Shown: one piece after another, positions 1-9,888 of the stretch
Numbering within the stretch: the first letter of the stretch is position 1
How the letters are laid out: every line of letters begins with the position of its first letter
NCBI GenBank assembly: GCA_030018455.1
Contig: JASEFU010000002.1
Location: 269,480-333,479, forward strand
Origin: Dehalococcoidia bacterium
GTDB taxonomy: Bacteria; Chloroflexota; Dehalococcoidia; DSTF01; JALHUB01
Length of the DNA: 64,000 nt
Direction: 5' to 3'
Position numbers and translations under genes: made by a program
Notes under the pieces: model-generated
Database searches by the model: none
The model's input: the letters and a program-made list of their open reading frames with translations, nothing else
What the model was told of the DNA's origin: nothing

Positions 1-545
1 GGCAGCGCTATCCCGCACAACTGGCGGATCTCGCCCGGCGCGTACATCCCCATTTCGAGGACGGCCCGTTCGTGGCGTCGTGTCAGCTTGAGCAGCGTCA
101 GCGGCAGGCCAATCTCGTTGTTGTAGTTCGCCTCGTTCTTCAGCACCCGGTAGCGGCGCGACAGGACCGACGCGGTTATCTCCTTCGTGGTTGTCTTGCC
201 GACGCTGCCGGTTACGCCGATGACCCGGACGGGGAAGCGTCGCCGGCGTCCGGCCGCCATCATCTGCAGCGCCTGGAGCGTGTCGCCGACGACGTAGACG
301 GCAACGCCTTCCGGCCTGCTCGCCGGCGGGCGCCGTACGAGCAGACCGCGCGCGCCCAGCGACAGCGCATCGCCCAGGAAATCGTGCCCATCGTGTCGCT
401 CTCCCTTCAGCGCGACGAAGAGGTCGCCGGGGCGCACCTGCTTGGAGTCGGTGACCACCCGTGAAAAGCGGGCGGGTATCTCCCCCGCCTTATCGAGAAG
501 GACCGGCCGCAGGCTGCTCTCGACCTCCACCGCCCTTATCATCAT
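1..545 (-). CDS. murF: UDP-N-acetylmuramoyl-tripeptide--D-Ala-D-Ala ligase (5' part; runs off window start)
   Basis: Manual translation from ATG at 545: MMIRAVEVES...VVTDSKQVRPGDLFVALKGERHDGHDF...GVTGSVGKTTTKE. This is a Mur ligase N-domain plus P-loop, directly downstream of ftsI. Confidence 0.88.
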   Translation of the reverse strand, partial: MMIRAVEVESSLRPVLLDKAGEIPARFSRVVTDSKQVRPGDLFVALKGERHDGHDFLGDALSLGARGLLVRRPPASRPEGVAVYVVGDTLQALQMMAAGRRRRFPVRVIGVTGSVGKTTTKEITASVLSRRYRVLKNEANYNNEIGLPLTLLKLTRRHERAVLEMGMYAPGEIRQLCGIAL

Positions 546-561
546 CCCGCCTCACTCAAGG

Positions 562-2295
562 TCAGCCGCCCTGCTGTACCAGTTGCGGCGCGTCCGGCCG
601 CACGCCGAGGTATGAGAGGATACGGGGAGCAAGCTCAGCGAAGACCGGCGCCGCCACCATTCCTCCCAGCGTCTCGTTCTGGGGCTCGTCGATCTTGACC
701 AGTACGATGATCCGCGGATCCTCTGCGGGCGCAAAGCCCACGAACGAGGCGATCGTCCGGTCTGGAGCGTAACCTCCCGCCACCGAGATGAAGCTGGTCC
801 CCGTTTTTCCGCCCACATGATAACCCGAAATGCGCGCAAGGTGGGAGGGATTCCCTTCTACGACCTCTCGCAACATCTCGCGCAGCGTCTCCGCCGCTTC
901 CTCGGATATCACCCGCCGCACAACCACCGGCTCGAAAACGCGGTGCTCTCGCGGGCCTTTCACTTCCTGGACTACGTAGGGCCGCATCAGTTCGCCGCCG
1001 TTGACGATGGCTGCGATGGCGGTGATCATTTGTAGCGGCGTGACGCTTATCCCCTGGCCGAATGAGTTGGTCGCCAGATCGACGGGGTACCACTCGGGGT
1101 CGTCTTGCGTGCGGTACACCCCCGCCGCTTCGCCGCTCAGCCCAACATGCGTCGGCTCCCCGAAACCGAAGCGTTCGATGTACTCGTAGAACCGCTCCGG
1201 CCCGATCAACCCCGAGACCCACACGGCGCCTGTGTTGAGGCTCTTCTGCAGGAGCTGCACCATCGTTTGTGTGCCGTTGGCAGAGAAGTCCCAGTTGGCG
1301 ATCGCCGCGCCACCGACGTAGGCGTGGCCGGTGTCCTCGTACGTCGTCTGCGGCCCGACCAGTCCCAGGTCGACCGCCGCGGCCATCGTCACCACCTTCA
1401 TCGCCGAGCCCGGCTCGTAGAGGTCGGTCACCGCGCGGTTGCGGTAGAACTCCATCCTCGCCTCGTCGCTCAGGTCGAGTTCCGTGAGCTTGAAGCTGGG
1501 GCGGCTCGCCATCGCCAGTATCGCGCCCGTATCCGGTTCCATGACAATGATGGTCCCGCCCTTGGCGCCCCTGGCCTCGATCGTCGCGTCAAGCTGCTCC
1601 TCGACACTGCGCTGTATGTACCGGTCGATGGTGAGCCGGACATCGGCGCTGGCCTGCGGCTCGATAAGCCGCTGGTAGCCGAAGGGAATGGGGTTGCCCA
1701 GGCTGTCCCGTTCGAAGTATAAGGTTCCCGCTTCTCCGCCCAGTTCAGGGTCGAGGTCGGCCTCCAGGCCTGCCAGCCCCGTCTTGTCGCGGCCGATGAA
1801 GCCGAGGAGGCCGGACGCCAGGTCGCCTTCGGGGTAGAAGCGCTTTATCGTTGGGGTGGCGCGCACCCCCGGCAGACCCAGGGCGACAATCTTGGCGCCC
1901 TGGGCGTAGTCGAGCCCGCTCGCCAGCAGGTAGTCGCCTTCCTTCTCCGGGCCCATTGCGGCGAGGATGTCATCAGGGGAGCGATTGAGGAACGAAGAGA
2001 GCGCCTCCGCACCCTCGCGGGCGAGTTCCGCGTCCTGCCAAACTTCGCGGTCGATTGAGATGTCGTAGGCGTCGAGGGTGAGGGCGAGAGGGAAGCCGTT
2101 CCTGTCCAGTATCGCGCCCCGCGGCGGCAGCAGCTTTCGGACGCCGAGGTGCTCGTCCTCTGCTTCCACCGAGTAGCGTCCGTGGCTCACTATCTGGAGG
2201 TAAGCCAGGCGCCCAACGAGGACGGCGGCGCCGGCGAAAAGAAGAAACCCCAGCAGGAGAAGCCGCCAGGACACTCGCGCCACTCTTACGGGCAT
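562..2295 (-). CDS. ftsI: Class B penicillin-binding protein (FtsI/PBP2 family)
   Basis: N-terminal TM helix, RGAILDRNG dimerisation motif, catalytic SAMK (SxxK), SLN and KTGT motifs; dcw context. Confidence 0.92.
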   Translation of the reverse strand: MPVRVARVSWRLLLLGFLLFAGAAVLVGRLAYLQIVSHGRYSVEAEDEHLGVRKLLPPRGAILDRNGFPLALTLDAYDISIDREVWQDAELAREGAEALSSFLNRSPDDILAAMGPEKEGDYLLASGLDYAQGAKIVALGLPGVRATPTIKRFYPEGDLASGLLGFIGRDKTGLAGLEADLDPELGGEAGTLYFERDSLGNPIPFGYQRLIEPQASADVRLTIDRYIQRSVEEQLDATIEARGAKGGTIIVMEPDTGAILAMASRPSFKLTELDLSDEARMEFYRNRAVTDLYEPGSAMKVVTMAAAVDLGLVGPQTTYEDTGHAYVGGAAIANWDFSANGTQTMVQLLQKSLNTGAVWVSGLIGPERFYEYIERFGFGEPTHVGLSGEAAGVYRTQDDPEWYPVDLATNSFGQGISVTPLQMITAIAAIVNGGELMRPYVVQEVKGPREHRVFEPVVVRRVISEEAAETLREMLREVVEGNPSHLARISGYHVGGKTGTSFISVAGGYAPDRTIASFVGFAPAEDPRIIVLVKIDEPQNETLGGMVAAPVFAELAPRILSYLGVRPDAPQLVQQGG

Positions 2296-2366
2296 AATTA
2301 GCTTCCTTGCCGGATATTGTCGGCGCCCCGCTCACCCGCCGAGCCGAGGGAGGGGACGCGATGGTC

Positions 2367-2804
2367 CTAGTAGAAAGGCAAGAGCCGCAGCAGACGGCTT
2401 TGCCAGGAAGGGCTTTCAGCCGGCGGCTCTTCCATCAGGTAGCGCTGGGGCACGAGCTGCTGCGCCGGCGGCTCCGAGTGCACCTCCAGCGTCAGCACGC
2501 GCTCCGGCGGCGCCATGCCCAGCCTGCCGCGCGCTTCCTGCTCAATCCGTTGCATGGAAGTAAGGCCCGCAATCTCCGCCTCGATCTCGTGCACGCGGGC
2601 CTGCCAGCCGAGGCGCTGCTGCTCCAACTCACGGAGGTTATAGCCGCTCGTGGTGGCGTCGCTTGTCTGGAGCACCTGGAGCAGTCCTATGGCGGCGATC
2701 ACCAGGAAGGCCCCCAGCAGCAGCGGCCGCAGAGGCACCGGCCGCGAGAGGGGCCTGGAAAGGGGTCTCGGGATCAAACGGTCAAGAGATGCCATGTCTC
2801 TCAC
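2367..2804 (-). CDS. FtsL-like cell division protein
   Basis: Single TM helix, then coiled coil and RIEQEARGRLGM motif; lies between rsmH and ftsI. Confidence 0.75.
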   Translation of the reverse strand: MRDMASLDRLIPRPLSRPLSRPVPLRPLLLGAFLVIAAIGLLQVLQTSDATTSGYNLRELEQQRLGWQARVHEIEAEIAGLTSMQRIEQEARGRLGMAPPERVLTLEVHSEPPAQQLVPQRYLMEEPPAESPSWQSRLLRLLPFY

Positions 2805-2825
2805 TCGTTCGCGGACTTGCCCCGT

Positions 2826-3767
2826 TTAGAGACGTTCCGCTACTCTGAGCCGGGCGCTGCGGGACCGGGGGTTGATCGCCACCTCCAGAGCAGATGGTCT
2901 TGCCGGCTTTTTCGTCAGTACTCGCAAAGTAGCGTGATGATTGCAGGTGCAGATGGGGGTGCCGGGAGGACACACACAGTCCTGCGACTCGCGGCGGAAG
3001 AAGTCCTTGACCAGGCGGTCCTCAAGGGAGTGGTAAGAGATGACCGCCAGTCGGGCGCCGGAATAGTCGAGCAGGCCGTGGGCCTCGGTGAGCGCGGTAG
3101 CTAAGTGGGCTAGCTCTTGGTTTACCGCAATGCGAAGGGCCTGGAACGTCCTGGTGGCGGGGTGGATGACGTTTCGGCCCCTTCTTCCCACGGCCTGCTC
3201 GACGACTCCAGCGAGTTGGGTGGTGGTGAGGATCGGTCGCTCCTCAACGATGCAGCGTGCGATCTGCCTGGCCCTGCGCTCTTCACCAAAGCGCCAGATA
3301 AGGTCGGCCAGCTCTTCCTCCCGGTACCCATTGACGATATCGTCTGCGGTGAGAGTTTGCCCGGGGCTGAAACGCATATCCAGCGGTCCTTCGCGACTGA
3401 AGCTGAACCCGCGTCTCGCCGTTTCAAGCTGAAACGAAGAGATGCCCAGGTCCAGCAGAATCCCATCTACAGGGCCGAAGCCGCGGCTCCGGCATATTCG
3501 GCGGACGTCGGCGAAGTTGCCTTCGACGAGCGTCACTCTGTCGCCGTAGGGCGAGAGGCGCTCTTCGGCCACCGCCAGCGCCTGCGAATCGAGATCGATC
3601 CCGAGCAGCCGGCCGTCCGGCGAAGCGGCCTCGATGATGGCTTCGGCGTGACCGCCTTCGCCTACCGTGCAGTCGACGTAGCGGCCTCCTGCCCTCACCG
3701 CCAGGCCATCTATGACCTCGCGCACCATCACCGGAATGTGTATTGCCGTCATCATCACCACTGTCAT
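2826..3767 (-). CDS. rsmH: 16S rRNA m4C1402 methyltransferase
   Basis: HIPVM, DCTVGEGGHA, DLGISSFQL, HPATRTFQALRIAVN, SYHSLEDR and NPRSRSARLR motifs. Start trimmed to the ATG overlapping the mraZ stop. Confidence 0.96.
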   Translation of the reverse strand: MTVVMMTAIHIPVMVREVIDGLAVRAGGRYVDCTVGEGGHAEAIIEAASPDGRLLGIDLDSQALAVAEERLSPYGDRVTLVEGNFADVRRICRSRGFGPVDGILLDLGISSFQLETARRGFSFSREGPLDMRFSPGQTLTADDIVNGYREEELADLIWRFGEERRARQIARCIVEERPILTTTQLAGVVEQAVGRRGRNVIHPATRTFQALRIAVNQELAHLATALTEAHGLLDYSGARLAVISYHSLEDRLVKDFFRRESQDCVCPPGTPICTCNHHATLRVLTKKPARPSALEVAINPRSRSARLRVAERL

Positions 3768-4195
3768 GGCCGCTCTTCCATGGACTCGCGGGTGACCTCG
3801 TACTCTGCGTCTACGGCCTCTTCCTCTTCCGCCCAGCGCTGCCCGTTCCAGATCTCGAGGCACTCGCCGCGTCCCACCATTAGCACGCTGCCCTCGAGGC
3901 CGGCGCGTTGTCGCAGTCTGGGCGGCAGGAGAATGCGGCCCTGGGCGTCCAGCTCCACGTCCCACGACCTGCCGAAGAACCCCCGGCGCAGGCGGCGCGC
4001 CTTCTTGCGGGTAGGGCGCTGCTTCAGCAGGAACTCCGCTTCTTCCTCATAGGACTCGGCGGTGTACACTTCCACGCAGCCGTCCTGGCTTTCCGCCAGC
4101 ACAGCGCCTCTGGCAAAGGAGGGTCGGTAACGGGCGGGGATCGGGATCCTTCCCCGGTCGTCCAATGTGTACTCAAATGTGCCTCGAAAGACCAT
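3764..4195 (-). CDS. mraZ: Division/cell wall cluster transcriptional repressor MraZ
   Basis: MVFRGTFEYTLDDRGRIPIP and ELDAQGRILLP (two DxxGR SpoVT-AbrB repeats). Confidence 0.95.
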   Translation of the reverse strand: MVFRGTFEYTLDDRGRIPIPARYRPSFARGAVLAESQDGCVEVYTAESYEEEAEFLLKQRPTRKKARRLRRGFFGRSWDVELDAQGRILLPPRLRQRAGLEGSVLMVGRGECLEIWNGQRWAEEEEAVDAEYEVTRESMEERP

Positions 4196-4228
4196 GCGAC
4201 ATCCCCGCCCGTTGACCAGCGCTCTTCC

Positions 4229-4280
4229 CCACAGACCACCACAACGCTCCACATACTACCACATCGTCCCCAACTGTCAA
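4229..4280 (-). promoter_or_regulatory. dcw promoter (TTGACA-16-TAGTAT) overlapped by MraZ binding repeats
   Basis: Minus strand: TTGACA (4280-4275) and TAGTAT (4258-4253). TGTGG repeats at exact 10-bp spacing (CCACA at 4229, 4239, 4249, 4259), with a fifth degenerate copy at 4269. Confidence 0.85.
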
Positions 4281-4360
4281 GCCTTTTCCCCTGCTTCCTC
4301 CAATCTTTTTTCGCCCTTCTGCGCTGTGCTATCATGAACTGTTGACAGGAGGAATTTTAC

Positions 4361-4873
4361 ATGCCCATACGCGCCGGCATTCTAACGGTCAGCGATAAAG
4401 CGTCGCGGGGCGAGCGCGAGGACACGAGCGGCCCCGCGATGCGCGAGCTACTGTCCGCGATAGACTCGATTGTCGAGAAGTACGAAGTTGTGCCGGACGA
4501 GGCGGACGAGATAAGCGATCGTCTTCGTCGCTGGTGTGATGAGGACGGGCTCGACCTCATACTCACCACCGGCGGCAGCGGCCTCGGGCCGCGCGACGTC
4601 ACGCCGGAAGCGACCGCCGCTGTGGTGGACCGCCTGGCGCCCGGCATCCCGGAGGCGTTGCGTCAGGACGGACTACGCCACACGCCGATGGCGATGTTGA
4701 GCCGAAACGTTGCCGGAGTGCGGGGCAAAACGCTCATCGTAAACTTCCCCGGCAGCGAACCGGCGGTCCGCGAGGGGCTCTCGTTCCTTATGCCGGTGCT
4801 CGTCCACGCGATCGAGATCATCCGGGGCGTCCCCTCCGACCATCTGCCGCCGGCGCCGCCTGTTTGGGAGTAG
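4361..4873 (+). CDS. mog: Molybdopterin adenylyltransferase (MogA/MoaB family)
   Basis: LTVSD...REDTSG, TTGGSGLGPRDVTPEAT, LSR and NFPGS motifs; AGGAGG RBS. Confidence 0.92.
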   Translation: MPIRAGILTVSDKASRGEREDTSGPAMRELLSAIDSIVEKYEVVPDEADEISDRLRRWCDEDGLDLILTTGGSGLGPRDVTPEATAAVVDRLAPGIPEALRQDGLRHTPMAMLSRNVAGVRGKTLIVNFPGSEPAVREGLSFLMPVLVHAIEIIRGVPSDHLPPAPPVWE

Positions 4874-4879
4874 GCGCCG

Positions 4880-5617
4880 ATGCGTTTCGATGTCCTCACC
4901 CTCTTCCCCGAGATGTTCCGCGGGCCGCTCGAGAGCAGCATCATGAAGCGCGCCGTCGAGGCGGGACTTATCGAGGTGGCGCTGCACAACATACGTGACT
5001 ACACTGAAGACCGGCACCGCGTAGTAGACGACTACCCCTACGGCGGCGGGCCGGGCATGGTCATGAAGCCGGAGCCGATATTCCGCGCCGTCGAGGAGGT
5101 GAACGCGATGGCGTCGCCGGCGGCGCACGTCGTGCTGATGACTCCGCAGGGCCGCCTCCTCAGCCAGCAGGTGGCGGTCGAGCTATCGCAGCGGCCGCGG
5201 CTCATGCTGGTCTGTGGTCACTACGAGGGCGTCGACGAGCGGGTGCGAGAGCACCTTGTAGACGATGAGGTAAGCATCGGCGACTACGTCCTCTCAGGCG
5301 GCGAGCTGCCGGCGATGGTGCTCATCGAGGCGGTGGCGCGGCGGGTGCCCGGCGTCCTCGGCTCGGGGGAATCGCTCTCGGAGGAGTCGCACGCCCAGGG
5401 GCTGTTGGAGTATCCTCAGTACACGAGGCCTCCCGAGTTCCGCGGTTGGGCCGTCCCCGAGGTGCTGCTATCGGGCCATCATGGCGAGATTGCCAAATGG
5501 CGCCGCCGGCAGAGTATAATTCATACGGCCAAACGACGCCCTGACCTGCTCGAGCGCGCCGCGCTGTCTCCGGAGGAGCGGCGGCTTGCGGCGGCGGCGA
5601 TGGCGGGCGAGGTCTGA
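4880..5617 (+). CDS. trmD: tRNA (guanine37-N1)-methyltransferase
   Basis: [35 protein letters not shown] and [10 protein letters not shown] motifs. Confidence 0.98.
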   Translation: MRFDVLTLFPEMFRGPLESSIMKRAVEAGLIEVALHNIRDYTEDRHRVVDDYPYGGGPGMVMKPEPIFRAVEEVNAMASPAAHVVLMTPQGRLLSQQVAVELSQRPRLMLVCGHYEGVDERVREHLVDDEVSIGDYVLSGGELPAMVLIEAVARRVPGVLGSGESLSEESHAQGLLEYPQYTRPPEFRGWAVPEVLLSGHHGEIAKWRRRQSIIHTAKRRPDLLERAALSPEERRLAAAAMAGEV

Positions 5618-5646
5618 GCGGCGACAATACGCATTGGAGAACGATT

Positions 5647-6003
5647 GTGGTAGACGTTAATTCCATCATCGATCTGAAGCCGAACCCAAATATCGAAGAG
5701 TTCAACATCGGCGACACTGTCCGCGTCACCTCAAAAGTGGTCGAGGGCGACAGGGAGCGGAGCCAGGCCTTTCAGGGCGTCATCATCCGTGCGCGGCGCG
5801 GCGCCGGCCCGAGCGCCAACGTGACCGTGCGGCGCGTCACTCACGGTGTGGGCGTTGAACGGACGTTTCTGCTCAACTCGCCGCGCTTTGAAAAGCTGGA
5901 AGTGGTGCGTCGCGGCAAGGTGCGGCGGGCGAAGCTGTACTATCTGCGGGGCCGCACGGGCAAGGCGGCGCGCATCAAAGAGAAGACGCGCGCCCGCGAG
6001 TAG
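5647..6003 (+). CDS. rplS: 50S ribosomal protein L19
   Basis: GDTVRV, GVGVER and [14 protein letters not shown] motifs; follows trmD. Confidence 0.98.
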   Translation: MVDVNSIIDLKPNPNIEEFNIGDTVRVTSKVVEGDRERSQAFQGVIIRARRGAGPSANVTVRRVTHGVGVERTFLLNSPRFEKLEVVRRGKVRRAKLYYLRGRTGKAARIKEKTRARE

Positions 6004-6154
6004 CGTCACATCGCTCCCGCCGGATTCTTGCCGAAGCAGCTTAGGGCGCCGCGTTCCGAAGCTTTCCGTTCTCGTGGGTTCGTTGGTTAGCCCTCCTTCC
6101 CGCTCCGTCGGCTCCCTATTACAATAGGGTCAGAGAGCTTCGCTGGAGATACCT

Positions 6155-6670
6155 GTGGCTGTTCTCCCCATCCGTGTTGCCGGCGACCCCGTCCTCCGTC
6201 AGAAGACGCGGCGCGTGCGCGCCATCGATGCCTCCGTCCAGAAGCTGATCGACGACATGATCGAGACGATGAGGGCGGCGCCCGGCGTCGGGCTTGCCGG
6301 CCCCCAGGTCGGGTCGCCTCTCCGCATCGCCGTCATCGAGATCCCCGGGCAGGAAGTCATCGTTCTCATCAACCCGGAGATCGTGCGCCGTTCGGGCCAG
6401 CGACGGGTCGAGGAAGGCTGCCTCTCCGTCCCCGGCTACTACGGCGAGATCACGCGCTCCCAATCGGTGACGGTCAAGGCGCTCGACCGTCAGGGGAAGC
6501 CGTTCCGCATAAAGGCGAAAGACGATCTCCTGGCGCAGGCGCTGGAGCACGAGACCGACCACCTCGACGGCTTTCTTTACATCGACCGCCTGGAAAGCCT
6601 CGACCAGCTCGTGAAGGTCGAGCCGCAGGAGGCCGCCGCGGAGCCGGGAAAAGAGAAGCCCGGCCTGTAG
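6155..6670 (+). CDS. def: Peptide deformylase
   Basis: GVGLAGPQVG, EGCLSVP and HETDHLDG motifs. Confidence 0.97.
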   Translation: MAVLPIRVAGDPVLRQKTRRVRAIDASVQKLIDDMIETMRAAPGVGLAGPQVGSPLRIAVIEIPGQEVIVLINPEIVRRSGQRRVEEGCLSVPGYYGEITRSQSVTVKALDRQGKPFRIKAKDDLLAQALEHETDHLDGFLYIDRLESLDQLVKVEPQEAAAEPGKEKPGL

Positions 6671-6681
6671 CCGCGCCCAGC

Positions 6682-8193
6682 ATGACCCTACCGAGGCGTT
6701 CCCCTTTCATCCCTCGCCCTATCAGACGCCTCCTCGCAAAGCTGCGGGACATCTGGCAGGAGAGAGGCGCCGAAGCCTACCTCGTCGGCGGCTTCCTCCG
6801 CGATCTCATCCTCGGGCGTCCCACGGGCGACATCGACATCGCGCTCACCGGCGATGCTCTCAAGCTTTCGCGCCTCGCCGCCGATGCCTTGCACGGCCAC
6901 TGGGTCCCCCTGCACGAGGAGCACGCCGTCGCCCGCACTGTGCTCCCCCAGCGGGCAGCCGTGCGCTACGTCGACGTCGCCGCTCTGCGAGGCGGTAGCA
7001 TCGAGACCGACCTGGCGAGCCGCGACTTCACCATCGACGCCATGGCCCTGCCGCTCGACGCCACCGGCAAAGGCTCCCGGGACGCGCTGATCGACCCTTT
7101 CGGCGGGCGCGACGATCTGGATTCGGGGACGATACGGGCGGTGGGCAGCACAGTGTTCCGCGACGATGGGCTGCGTCTCCTTCGCGCCGTGCGCCTGGCC
7201 GCCGAGCTCGATTTCTCGATCGAGCCTCTCACCGCCGCCCTCATCGAGCGCGACGCGTCGCATCTGACGGACGCCGCCCGCGAGCGCCAGCGCGACGAGC
7301 TGGTACGGACTCTCCTCACGCCGCGCTCCGCTGCGGCCCTGCGCCTCGCCGACAGGCTTGGCTTGCTCGACCGGCTGCTGCCGGAGCTGGGTCCGGCGCG
7401 CGGCGTCGTCCAACCGAAGGGGCACTTCTGGGACGTCTTCAATCATCTGCTGGAGACGCTGGCCGCCCTCGACTTCATGCTTTCGGAGGAGGAGCCGTCG
7501 CAGCCGGCGCAAGCGGCCTTCTGGCGCGAGCTCTGGGGTCAGCTCTCATGGCTGCCCGGGCTGCGCGAGCACTTTCGTCGCGAAGCCGTGCAGGGGAGGC
7601 CGCGGACCGCGCTGCTCAAGCTCGCCGGCCTCTTGCACGACATCGACAAGCCGGAGGCGAAGTTCATCGATGCCGGCGGGCGGATACGTTTCTTCGGCCA
7701 CCCGCAGAAGGGGGCGGAGAAGGCGGAGCGCCTGATGTCGAGGCTGCGCTTCGGGGCTGCGGAGCGAAAGCTCGTCGGGCTCATGGTGCGGCACCACATG
7801 CGGCCGGGCCAGCTCAGCGCGGGGAAGCCGCCGAGCCGCCGCGCTCTCTACCGCTTCTTTCGCGACGCCGGCGACGCGGCGATCGACGTGCTCTTCCTCT
7901 TCCTGGCCGATCACATGGCGGCGCGCGGCCCTCGTCTCCAGCTATCGACGTGGCGCAGGCAGGTCGCCTACGTCAGTTACGTCCTCCGGCAGCACTACTT
8001 TGAGACGGCGCTCACCGCCCCGCCCCGGCTCGTCACCGGCGACGACCTGATGGAGGCGCTGAGGATAGGCCCCGGCCCGCTGGTAGGGCGTCTGTTGTCG
8101 CAAATCGAGGAGGCGCAGGCCGCGGGAGAGGTCGGTTCGCGGGAAGAGGCCCTGGACCTGGCGAAAAGGCTGCTGGCAGGAGAAAAGGGGTAG
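6682..8193 (+). CDS. Class II tRNA nucleotidyltransferase with HD domain
   Basis: VGGFLRD...DIDI, DLASRDFTIDAMA and DGLRLLRAVR motifs, plus LLHDIDK (HD domain). Confidence 0.9.
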   Translation: MTLPRRSPFIPRPIRRLLAKLRDIWQERGAEAYLVGGFLRDLILGRPTGDIDIALTGDALKLSRLAADALHGHWVPLHEEHAVARTVLPQRAAVRYVDVAALRGGSIETDLASRDFTIDAMALPLDATGKGSRDALIDPFGGRDDLDSGTIRAVGSTVFRDDGLRLLRAVRLAAELDFSIEPLTAALIERDASHLTDAARERQRDELVRTLLTPRSAAALRLADRLGLLDRLLPELGPARGVVQPKGHFWDVFNHLLETLAALDFMLSEEEPSQPAQAAFWRELWGQLSWLPGLREHFRREAVQGRPRTALLKLAGLLHDIDKPEAKFIDAGGRIRFFGHPQKGAEKAERLMSRLRFGAAERKLVGLMVRHHMRPGQLSAGKPPSRRALYRFFRDAGDAAIDVLFLFLADHMAARGPRLQLSTWRRQVAYVSYVLRQHYFETALTAPPRLVTGDDLMEALRIGPGPLVGRLLSQIEEAQAAGEVGSREEALDLAKRLLAGEKG

Positions 8194-8316
8194 CCCCAGA
8201 GCTTCGAACGTCCTAGCATGTAATAGACAGTGTGTTATAGTTGTTATCGCTTGCGTGAGGATGCGTGGGCGCAGAGATCGCCGGGAAGGCGAGGAACAGG
8301 AGTCGCCTAGGCCAGC

Positions 8317-9888
8317 GTGCGCAGAAGCAACTGGATTCTTCTCGGGTTCATAGGGGTCCTTACGGCCTTTTCTCTGGTGGTTATGTGGCCGTCGGAGCCC
8401 TGGCGTTACCTCCCCGACGCGATTCCCTGGCCTGAGGGTCAGGGGATCAAGTTTCCCTTCATCAAGCTGGACGGCGCGAACATCGAGGGGACGACCGTCG
8501 AGCGGCGGGCGATGCGCCTCGGCCTCGACCTGCGCGGCGGCACCCGCCTCGTGCTCGAAGCCGACACCAGCGAGCTCTCGGACGACGAGCTCGACCGCGC
8601 TCTCGAAGGGGCGTCGGACATAATCGAGCGGCGCGTGAACGCCTTCGGTGTCGCCGAGTCGGAGATACAACGGCAGGGCGATAACCGTATCGCCGTGCAG
8701 CTCCCCGGCATCGAGGCGGACGAAGCGATAAGGAAGATCGGCAAGACGGCGCTGCTTGAGTTCCGCGAGCTCCAACGCGACGACCAGGGGAACGTCGCCG
8801 TCAACCAGAACGGCGAAGTCACCTACGTGCCTATGCCTGTCCCCACCGGCGAGAACGACATTACTTTCGCTGCCCGCTACAACCAGCTCCTCGAAAGCGC
8901 CGTCTGGGTCCCTGCCAAGGCGACCGGAAGGGACGGGGTCGAGAAAGAGCTTACGGGCAGGTACCTTTCCGGCGCTTACTTCGGCACCGACAACCTCGGC
9001 AGGGCAGTCGTGAACTTCGAAATGAATGACGAGGGCGCCCACCTCTTCAAGCAAATCACGACCCGGCTCATCGATCAGCCGCTTGCCTTCTTCCTCGATG
9101 GAGAGCCGATCCGGGGCGCCGACGGCAGCATTCAGGCGCCGAGGGTGAACAGCGTAATATCGGACCAGGGCCAGATCACGGGCCTGTCCTTCGATGACGC
9201 CGATTACCTCGCCAAACTGCTGCGCGCAGGGGCGTTCCCCGTCCCTCTGACCGTCGTGCAGCAGGAGGACGTCGACGCCACGCTCGGCGAGGACTCCGTC
9301 CGTCAGAGCGTCATCGCCGGCGAGGTGGCGATGCTCGTCATCATCCTCTTCATGGTGCTGCACTATCGCCTGCCCGGGCTACTCGCGGGCGCTGCGCTCT
9401 TTGTGTACACGACGGTTGTGCTCGCCGTGTTCAAGCTGTGGCCGGTCACCCTTACGCTCGCCGGCATCGCAGCCTTCGTGCTGTCGGTGGGCATGGCGGT
9501 CGACGCGAACATACTCATATTCGAGCGCATGAAGGAGGAGTTACGCATTGGTCGCAGCCTCGTGATTGCGCTTGATGAGGGTTTCAACCGCGCCTGGTCG
9601 TCCATCCGCGACAGCAACGTGTCGACGCTCATTACCTGCGCCATCCTATTCTGGTTCGGCGACCAGTTCGGCGCCAGTCTGGTGAAGGGCTTTGCCCTCA
9701 CGCTGGCGATCGGCGTCATCATAAGCATGTTTTCGGCGATCCTTGTGACGCGCACCTTCCTGCGTCTCGTCATCGGCGCAAGGTGGCTGAGGAACCCCGC
9801 GTTCTGGGCGCCCGACCTGCGTCAGCGGGGCGCGCTAATAGAGCAGGAAGCGGGCGCCACACCCGGCGGAGGAGGTGGCGGAAGCTGA
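8317..9888 (+). CDS. secD: Protein translocase subunit SecD
   Basis: LGLDLRGG, RRVNAFGVAE, GMAVDANILIFER and DSNVSTL motifs; six TM helices. Confidence 0.97.
   Translation: MRRSNWILLGFIGVLTAFSLVVMWPSEPWRYLPDAIPWPEGQGIKFPFIKLDGANIEGTTVERRAMRLGLDLRGGTRLVLEADTSELSDDELDRALEGASDIIERRVNAFGVAESEIQRQGDNRIAVQLPGIEADEAIRKIGKTALLEFRELQRDDQGNVAVNQNGEVTYVPMPVPTGENDITFAARYNQLLESAVWVPAKATGRDGVEKELTGRYLSGAYFGTDNLGRAVVNFEMNDEGAHLFKQITTRLIDQPLAFFLDGEPIRGADGSIQAPRVNSVISDQGQITGLSFDDADYLAKLLRAGAFPVPLTVVQQEDVDATLGEDSVRQSVIAGEVAMLVIILFMVLHYRLPGLLAGAALFVYTTVVLAVFKLWPVTLTLAGIAAFVLSVGMAVDANILIFERMKEELRIGRSLVIALDEGFNRAWSSIRDSNVSTLITCAILFWFGDQFGASLVKGFALTLAIGVIISMFSAILVTRTFLRLVIGARWLRNPAFWAPDLRQRGALIEQEAGATPGGGGGGS

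Noticed and set aside
7942-9363. Long antisense and alternate-frame ORFs (e.g. 7942-9363, 21211-22791, 27039-28553, 42270-43769, 48383-50128)
   Set aside because: They are shadow ORFs of well-supported genes in high-GC DNA and carry no recognisable motifs.
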